A DNA stretch of 64,000 nucleotides, from positions 46,314,001-46,378,000 of the forward strand of contig NC_043007.1 of assembly GCF_006345805.1 (NCBI RefSeq), in the 5' to 3' direction. Positions 54,727 to 64,000 of this stretch are shown here, in pieces. The first letter of the stretch is position 1. Each line of letters starts with the position of its first letter. Under the pieces are notes generated by a model. It searched no databases, was not told the DNA's origin, and worked only from the letters and a program-made list of their open reading frames with translations. A program made the position numbers and the translations under genes. Source of the stretch: Octopus sinensis (taxonomy: Eukaryota).

Positions 54727-55354
54727 ATGTAATAATGCCCTCTATACAATATAGATATAATTAATTTGTCAGAAGAAAAAAATTATTTTCGGATTCTTTT
54801 CTTTTATGAGGTTTTCACGCTAGCTACCTGATAATTTCTTGTTAAGATCCCTTATTAAGAGATTATCCTTAATTGTTAAACTTATTCCGAAAATTTTCAT
54901 TACCGACATGCAGTTCGTAAAAAGCCGCCATTTACCGGATATATGATTTATAGACATTCCATGTGCTTGGCCGGAGAGAGCAGTTGTCTGTTCGTCTTCG
55001 CTACGTAAGGTTAGTTTATTTATGATGTATTCAGAATCAGTTCTGCTGACGATCATTAGACGCAAGTTGTATGTGAAATCACGGTGATACAGAACATAAT
55101 TCATTTTTAAATGTCTTGCTTTGAAAAACTGCATTTGGGATGATTAGTATAATTTTGGTAGTAATGACTCTGTCCCTCCTAGTGTGGGCATTTATGTGTA
55201 ATAATGCCCTCTATACAATATAGATATAATTAATTTGTTCAGAAGAAAAAAATTATTTTCGGATTCTTTTCTTTTATGAGGTTTTCACGCTAGCTACCTG
55301 ATAATTTCTTGTTAAGATCCTTATTAAGAGATTATCCTTAATTGTTAAACTTAT
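54727..55354 (+). repeat. Inverted block of ~1.3 monomers closing the array
   Basis: ATGTAATAATGCCCTCTATACAA... is the reverse complement of the monomer end; the block runs into (TA)n at ~55354. Confidence 0.95.
55040..55095 (+). ncRNA. Type I hammerhead ribozyme motif in the inverted monomer
   Basis: Stem I GTTCTG(55040-45)/CAGAAC(55090-95), CTGACGA(55046-52), GAAA(55075-78), stem III ATCA/TGAT, predicted cleavage after A55089. Stem I extends GAAT(55034-37)/ATTC(55099-102) across an internal loop. Confidence 0.88.
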
Positions 55355-55527
55355 ATATATATATAATATATATATATATATCTATATATACATGCATACA
55401 TACATACATATATATATACATACAAACACATATATATGTATATATATATATATAATATATATATATTATATATATATAATATATATATATAAATACATAC
55501 ATATATATATACGTAATACATACAAAC

Positions 55528-55598
<71 letters not shown>

Positions 55599-55871
55599 AA
55601 TATATATATTGCATCGCCTCTTATCGTAAATATTTCTCGAATATTTATATTGCAGTATATTAGCAACTGAAAATTTAGGAAATGACGATTTGACATAAGA
55701 ATAGTTGACTGTACAACATGTATTCGTGTGTGTCTCTGTGTGTGCGTGCGCGCCATGATTGTGTGTGTATAAAGTAGAGGCTCATATATATGTATATATA
55801 ATATACATATATATGTATATATATATATATATTATATATATATATACATATTTATATATATATATTACATA

Positions 55872-55935
<64 letters not shown>

Positions 55936-55945
55936 TATATATACG
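55352..55945. repeat. (TA)n-rich microsatellite region
   Basis: Direct observation. Confidence 0.9.
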
Positions 55946-57554
55946 CACACGCACAGTACAAATATACATTTATTATATACATATGCATTAATATAACTAT
56001 CGATATTTACTACTTATATACGCTAGACAAGATACATGCTGCCTTTTATACAATTTATCAAATGGAATGTGATAGTGTTAAGAATTTAAAATTCATCTAT
56101 GAAATTCAGGAGATATATCAATCAAAAGCGGCATTCACCGTTAAGTTACTCATCTCGGATTTTTCATCAAATGTATACGTTTACATAGTCGTTAAATTCT
56201 TAGGAAATGTAACTGTTTCCTTTTGTTCAAATATTATGTGTCTCAGTGACGATTGCTAGAGAAACAATTATCCTCGTAGCAATCAGTCACAGCGAAACGG
56301 TTTCGGTTACCAGTGAGGCTAATATTTCATTCAATGACGTATATAACGCTAGCTAATTTCGTATTTAATGTGAGGAAGTATTTCGTTTACCACAGAAATA
56401 AAATATGCTTCAATAAAATTTGCCTCTGAAGCATAGGATTTGTGTAGTTGTGACTGAATGAAGAACATTCTAGATAATATATTACATATGATTGCCTATG
56501 ATCTATTATATGCATTCTCGTAAATTATACTTGTCACCTTTACCTTTCAGACGCTTAGCGTAGATAAATACATAACAAGCAGTTACTCGGAGTTATTCTT
56601 CTCACACACCCTATCTTTCATATTTAAGCATCGCTAAATATGTTTATCGCGGCTTTGAACATTCGTTCTTTCTGAAAAGAAATCGGTGCGACTGCAGAGC
56701 TTGCAATCTTTTCTCATGCTGTAAATACAATTTGCACTTCATATATCCATGAATGTCGATGAGCGGTGCAGCATGAAAGATGAAAATAATGTAATTTCAA
56801 AATTAACAGAGGACCGTGTTGTTGATATTACTCATTGAAATTATTATGAAATCATCGGATGGTGTAAATCTGATAATTTCGAAAGAAAAATAATTTATTC
56901 TTCTTAGTACTATTACCGGAAAAAGCAAATATCTCTAATTTCGTTTGAACTGCAGCTTACTAGGTGTTTGAACGGGTGTTGTTAAATACACATAAGTTAA
57001 ATATAATACGTAGCTCAGCGGTAATAGATTTGCTTCCCAATCACAAAGTTCCAACATTATACCTACTGCAGGACATCTTCGGCAAGTCTTGTCTACTGTA
57101 GGTCCGGCCTGACTGAAGCCTGGAGAGTAGATTCGCGAGAGGAAAACAAAAAGAAGCCTGTACTATATATTTGTGTGTATATATAAATATATGTGTGTGT
57201 GTATGTGTGTGCATGTATGTGTACCAATGTGTGTATGACATTGTTTGTATTTACCCTACCACCACTTGACAATCGGTGCCTGTTTGTTTGTTTACGTGCC
57301 CGTACCAGACTTAGAAAAAGTAGTTACTGGGTCCATTTGTTCGACCCTAGCCTTGAAAACGGTGTCCCCAATATGGCTGCTGTCTGATGAGTGAAACAAG
57401 TAATATATAAAAGATGGATGCCTATCTCGGTGCTCATTTATCTAGCCAGTAATCTTACTCTCACTTTCTCATTTTATGTACATCTATACTTTTATGAAAG
57501 CTTGGATACATTTAGATTTAATAATAATTTTTCTAACTTTCTCATTTTTGCACA

Positions 57555-57900
57555 ACGCCAGCAAATTTGAAGAGAACGTACAAGTCGATTCCAGTGATAC
57601 CGGCACTTCATTGGGATTTTATTTCAGAAACCCCGAAAGGATGACAGAGAAAGTTGACTTCAGTGGGATTTCAACGCAGGAATTTTTTATCCAGGTTAAA
57701 TGCCGCTAATCATTTTTTCCACCACGTTAAAGATTGCGTAATACCTAAACACACAAATAATATTTCAAATTTAGGCACAAGACTAGTATATTCGGAGAAG
57801 GGGATAAGTCCATTACATCGACCCAAGTGATATTTATTTTATCGACCCCGAAAGGTGGAAATACCGCTAAGCATTTTGACCAGCGAGCTAACAACTCAGC
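57555..57900 (-). mobile_element. Two degenerate SINE copies
   Basis: ACCCCGAAAGGATGA and TCGACCCCGAAAGG..CCGCTAAGCATTTT match 47041-47248. Confidence 0.6.
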
Positions 57901-58287
57901 CAAATCGTGAAAATTTCACATTCCTTTATAAAGATCGTTATAGGAACAACACAATGTTTTGATTATAAGACCGAACATGACTTTTTGTAAAATCTTAGCT
58001 TTTATAAGGATATTTTAATATGATAACGTCATGTCGTACTTAAACAAACTTGCTTCCTACGTTTCCAGACTCTGCTTAATTAATATCGCGCAGATGTTTA
58101 TATTAATTTATTAATCTAATAGTTTTATAAATTATAGTCTAAATGTATATTCATAACAATAACTACAAGTATATTGAAATACATTCTAACATATGATCAT
58201 GAGTTTTATTTAGATACTGGATTAAGGAGATATCAGGAATAAATTTCCTGTCACTAATGCTACATTAGTGCTATTTTTTCCACGCCC

Positions 58288-58318
<31 letters not shown>

Positions 58319-60055
58319 TGTATGTATGTATGTATGCATGTATGTATGTATGTATGTATGTGTGTGTGTATAAAAGTTACACCCATGTTTTTCTTCCAGA
58401 GAAATACATCCCCTAGACAGAATAGTTGCTATTATCCAAAAACGTTTCATCCACCTATGTCGAAATATCATCATAGACCTGTATACTCAATAACTCACAA
58501 GAGAACACTGACTCTATAGTGAATAAAGATGAAGGACTAACGTAAATGAAATAGACCACTCATTCTTCACCACTAGTTTGATAATTAAGTACGTAGTATG
58601 TTAAAATGCTAATCTCTATTATAGAATGTAAGATCAGTTATTTGGAGGAGAGAGTATTAGTCGTACCATAGACCCCAATACTTGTGTTACACTTTATTTT
58701 CTTCTGCGCAGAACGATGAAACGCGAACTTATCTTCGGCGGGATTTGAATGCAGGGTCGGGAAATTACCATAGATCATTTTACTCGACGTTCTTCCTATT
58801 GTATTAACTCTTCTCAGTAGTACATATATAATAATGTAAATACCCTTTTTACCAGCAAAATATATTTTAGGTAAAGTTTTTAATTTTTTCCAATGGCCAA
58901 GATGCATGTCAATAATTCATTCGTTAAGGGTCATGTGAAGTTAAAACTTAGTCATTACTAACCCCAACTCCATTCTAACCCTACACAATAGTACATGGCA
59001 AGGTACTCTCTTGTGGGTTAAGTACAGAGGGTGGTATTTTGGCCGAAGTATAGAGGTTTCAGAAAAGGTTAGCCCCAAAATATGTTACATATAAGCCCAC
59101 TAATTTGCGAACATGTCCTCATATCACGTGAACTAGTCACTCAATCTAAGGGTAAACGCGGAAGAACAGAATCAGAGCAATGGTAGCTGTAAATAAAGTA
59201 CAGTGAAATCATTGCTGTGTCTATTCCTATATAGATCAGGGATGATTTTGGCTTAACATTTTGAAGTTATATGAATTTATTAAATTCGCTCACAATCATG
59301 GACTATTTTCTTTCACAGTCAAATCGATGTAGTGTTAAACAGATCATCACCAGAATTTCTTATTTTTGATTAACACCCTGCTTGTTTCTGCTGTATACTT
59401 TGTATGTTTTCATGATGAAAATTCACAGGCGGTCCAAATGTCACTTAACATGTAAAAGCATAATCATCACCTCCACGATTTCTGAATAGGATATATTCAC
59501 ATGATGCAATTGACCTTAGTCTTCAGATCAACCACTATCCTAGACATGCATTGCTAATTTATGGTTTTATTACTATTACATTTAAGTCACGTAGGCACGT
59601 TGAAAGAATCCACAAGTCCTATCTGGTTTCCTTGAATTTTAATGGCAATTGCCTCAACTGCAAGTTGAGGTATTTATGTAGAACGTATTTGAAAATGGTT
59701 TCTGCGAATATTTTCCTATTAATTTTCATAGATGATAAATATACCCTGCCAGTCTGTGCGTGTCTTATTTAGATACAGTAACATATGGAATATTAAAATA
59801 CTTCTGTCTAAAATGTTTTAAAGTAGGTGGCATTAAGTGTAGTAACTTTTAAATGATTGCAATGCGCTAATTAAAATTTTCGTGTTTAACTAGCATCAGT
59901 TAAAGAGAATATTACTTCTTAGTGCCATTGTTTTGAATCATGATTAAATAAACGGAAATAATTAACTATTAATCATTAGTATGCACTTGCCTTTAATCTA
60001 ACGAAATCATCTGTATACGTTTGAGTATGTGGGCGTGCCTGTTTACGTGTGTATA

Positions 60056-60119
<64 letters not shown>

Positions 60120-61566
60120 TGTATGTCTACGTGTGTATGTATGTATGTGTGTATATGTGTGTGTGTGTGTTTATCGAGACACAATGCCACTGAGAGAGAA
60201 TTCTGGAGATATGTAGTTAAAAACAGATTAATGACTAATAGGCTCCATTGATGGATAAAAGCAAGGAATACATGTATATCCACACTCAAGTAAGAATCCT
60301 ACAAATACTAAATTATAGATGGAAGGATCCAACAGTGTAATTGCTGGAATAATGTTCAAGATTCTGGGAGGTTATTTTCTTCAGCGTTGTCAGCTCTCTA
60401 AACAATGGCAATTAATTGATGAACGCTTCAAGCATTTACTGAACTACGCCCTGACCTTGAACTTGTTTACAGTTAGCAGGTGTATTAGAGAGTTATAAAT
60501 AATTTTCCTTGAAAGGAATGTTGGTGATGTCAGACGTAATGCAAGCCTTTGGAATATTCAATCTATAAGGCTATCACCAGTTGAACACGCCTGTCATTTA
60601 TATCTTATATGCTATGCTAATAGAGAATGGCTATTATATCTCAGCAAGTCTTCAGCAGTAAAATATTGTTGCTGATAGTTTTTGTTCTTGCCTAGCTAGC
60701 CACCGTCTAACATCACTGATTGACAAGATCTTTAATAACGACCGTTACTGGCTTCACCTTCAATGAGTCCATTGCCTCGAGGACTATACTGTCAAATGTG
60801 TCATCTGCTTTCATACAAAACAGGACTGAATTCGAGCGTGATCCAACTATTATTTCTAGCAAAATTTGTTAGCCTGCAAAGGCAACGTTAACGTGAACAT
60901 AACGATGTATGAATAGAATATTTCTAGAAAATTCATTGCATTTCCTCTAAACTAGAAGAGGCAATAAATAATGTGTACAAAGTTCAAAAGAGATTTTAAG
61001 TTACATTATTCAGCTAAACAAATCTAGTGGTTTATGGACAGCACCTATGATATAGATAATAGATAGGATTTGCGCACAGTTGTAAATATGCATTTACGCA
61101 TAGTTGTAACTTTTAAGCGTATCAATAGAATTCTTTCCATTAATTATCTGTCAAAAAGTAATTAATTTTCATGTCGAGTGCGTACGTCTTCCCAAGTAAT
61201 TAAAATTCTTTTATTGTTTCATTTTTGCATTTATTCTATAAGCAATTAGTCAAATTCAGCAACTTTTGATGAACGCACTCTTTTGGTCTGTTGGAGAGAA
61301 GTAGCATAAACTTGAAATGACTATCACAGTATATTATTAAGGATGTTCAAACTTGACAAACCGTATATTGTCTGCAGCTTCAGAAGATATCTAAAGTACC
61401 CTAGAAGAATTTATGGCAAATATTTCTTTAAATATATAGTATTTGAACTGAAAACGTAAAGACGGACGAAATGCAGTTAAACATTTTGCCCCGCGTGCAA
61501 TCAATTCTCAAAGCTTACCGCCTTAATAATAATAATAATAATAACAATAATAATAATAAAATAATA

Positions 61567-61636
<70 letters not shown>

Positions 61637-61639
61637 CCA

Positions 61640-62090
61640 AATGTTCTGCTCAATACCACAGATTTGCTTGTCAGTTGTTTGACCTTAACCAGTTGAGCAT
61701 GTCCCTTAGTGGCTGACGATATGTGCATGTCTGATCACGAGCAGAAGTAGTGGGGGAGCATCATAGCCATGTGTTGAAAGGGATTCTTTGGAGTTTGAAT
61801 GGTTCACCTCTGGAAACATAGGTGTTTCGTTCAACATCCTAAAGCAACCCTTATTCAGGGACCGTTTGAGCAGGATGGGCTACTCAACCTGAAGAAAATT
61901 CTAACTGGGCCCCACCTGCAAGGTCATGTGCTGTTTATCTTGATATGAGATCACCATGTCGCGCACATATGGTTGTGATGCATGTGCCTGGTGTACCTTT
62001 ATCAGACGGGTAGTCATGATGGGTATATTGGGCTTCGTGTATTTTACACCCCAGTGTCACTTTGATGGCATGAACTGCTCTCTCGCTCAA
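61640..62090. mobile_element. Non-coding interspersed repeat between (TAA)n tracts
   Basis: Closely matches 23060-23597. Confidence 0.85.
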
Positions 62091-62133
62091 TAATAATAAT
62101 AATATTATTAATAATAATAATAATAATAATAAC

Positions 62134-62193
<60 letters not shown>

Positions 62194-62194
62194 G

Positions 62195-64000
62195 AAGATA
62201 TAAGATCTGCTCTCAGGAGGTCAAGCAAATGGAAGTCTCCAGGAAAGGATAAAATTCGTAACTTCTGGTTGAATGACTTCCCAGAGAGCCATGAACTGCT
62301 ATCAGAATTTTACAATGATGTTTTGCAACACCCTAGTAGGATGCCTCCTTGGCTAGTTAATGGGTTAAGATTCCTGCTTCCAAAAAGTGAAGGAACAAAT
62401 GAACCAAAAAACTATAGACTCATAACAACTATGTATAAAATGCTAACATCTGTCCTGACGGAATATACCTATAGCTTTTTAATCGACAGCAGCATATGAA
62501 CAGAAAGGATGTAAACGTGGATCCTATGGTTGTAAAGATCAACTACTCATCAATAATATGATCTTAGAAGACTGTCACAAACAACACAAAACCTTATCAA
62601 TAGCCTGGATAGAATGTAAAAAGGCTTTTGATAGCCTACCACATAGCTGGATAAAGAAATGCCTGGAAATGTATAAAATAGCGCCTACTCTGCGAGACTT
62701 CTTGTCTGTAAGTATGAGATCATGGAGAACCACACTAACTTTGAACAGTGACAATGAATCTCTAAATGCTGGTGATGTAAAAATTTCATGTGGCATTTTC
62801 CAGGGTGACTCACTATCACCACTCCTCTTTTGTTTACCCTTGATACCTCTCTCAAAATTGCTCAATGACGCGCAGTACGGATATAAAATGTTTGATAAAA
62901 ATATAAATCATTTCATTTACATGGATGATTTAAAGCTCTTTGCAAAGAATGACCAACAACTCAAGGGCTTACTAGCGATTGTCAAAAAATTCAGTGATGG
63001 CATCAGAATGCAATTTGGCCTCGATAAATGTGCAAAAGCTACCTGTATCAAAAGAAAAATGACGGAAATATCTAATGTTAACCCTGACCAGCAGAATGTT
63101 ATAACAAATTAGACCCAGCGGAGAGCTACAAGTACCTAGGGGTAATTGAACGGGACGGAATAAGGCATTCAGTGTTGAAGGGAAGGATCAGGAGAGAATG
63201 TTATCGCAGAGTAAGAGCAATACTCAAGACAGTGCTGAATGCGAGGACCGAAGCGGTCAATGCTTTAGCCATACCAGTCGTGACTTACAGTTTCAATATC
63301 GTTAACTGGTCCATTACTGAAATATGTAATCTTGACAGAAAAATACAAAAACTGTTGACAATGCATAGAATGTACCACCCTAAGGCAGATACAGAACGAC
63401 TTTATCTGCCAAGAAAAGAGGGAGGCCGTGGACTTTTACAACTGGCAATAACAATGAAGATTGCTACAATTGGCCTAGACACCTACCTGAAAAACTCTGA
63501 GGACTGGGTGTTAAAACTTGTCTCAAAACATGAAAACAAGAAAGCATCATATTCAGTAACAAAACAGGCAAAGAAATATCTAAGTGAATTCCGAATACAA
63601 CCAATTTCGGAATTAGACATACAAGAAACAAGTACAGAAAAAGCTAAGCGCATGAAAACCCGTGCTAAATATGCGGCCTTAGATATTCTGAATGATAAAT
63701 GGCAAGAAAAACCTCTCTATGGCAAATACCCAAAGAGAGCGAATAATGCAGATGTTGACAAAGCCCTGACCCATCAATAGCTAATTGCCTCTGGCTTAAA
63801 ATCTGAAACAGAAGGGTTTATCATAGCAGCTCAAGATCAATGCCTACCAACAAGAAACTACCAGGCCAACATATTAAAGATCAGAAGCAGTCCAACGTGT
63901 CGTGTATGCAAGAAACAAAATGAAACCATTGACCATGTGGTCTCCAAGTGCAGTCTTCTAGCGCCTACAGAGTATCTCAACAGGCATGATAAAGCTGCAC
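62195..64000 (+). mobile_element. R4/Dong-type LINE, 5'-truncated, runs off the window
   Basis: [82 protein letters not shown]. Confidence 0.95.

Noticed and set aside
54828-54895. Second hammerhead in the monomer (CTGATAA...GAAA)
   Set aside because: Core is CUGAUAA rather than CUGANGA, and no stem I or III can be formed.
54969-55015. HDV-like ribozyme starting GGCCGG in the monomer
   Set aside because: No downstream P1 complement or nested pseudoknot could be built.
50320-55134. Repeated 61-104 aa ORFs (MQFFKARHLKMNYVLYH...) in the array
   Set aside because: They are antisense to the hammerhead, their C-termini vary through frameshifting indels, and no domain is recognisable. A faint EKYF..DNLL likeness to PLE C-termini is too weak to call.
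50221-55354. CRISPR array or rRNA/snRNA gene cluster
   Set aside because: No unique spacers, no cas genes, eukaryotic context, and no 5S, U-snRNA or SL RNA motif recognised.

Overview
AT-rich eukaryotic (animal) DNA, dense in microsatellites and transposon remnants. No intact host gene or prokaryotic feature is visible; the repeat families look like octopus/cephalopod genomic DNA (inference from memory, not checked). Recognisable elements: several R4/Dong-type RLE LINEs sitting in (TAA)n tracts, Penelope-like element (PLE) RT and GIY-YIG fragments, Chapaev3, mariner and Tigger/pogo relics, a long-TIR MITE with internal (CCCTAA)n, and many tRNA-derived SINEs. The standout feature is a ~5.1 kb array of near-identical ~475-bp monomers (50221-55354): 9.5 copies in one orientation plus ~1.3 inverted, bounded by (TA)n. 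The monomers carry a well-formed type I hammerhead ribozyme (HHR) motif, as expected for a retrozyme-like, possibly circular-RNA-producing element. Several other small HHR-bearing elements show the same divergent inverted insertion geometry, including a tRNA-headed SINE with an HHR-like tail. A gag-only Tx1/HAL1-like element is inserted twice in tandem at one 14-bp site inside a Helentron-like element. Coordinates were read by eye; ends of decayed elements are approximate.
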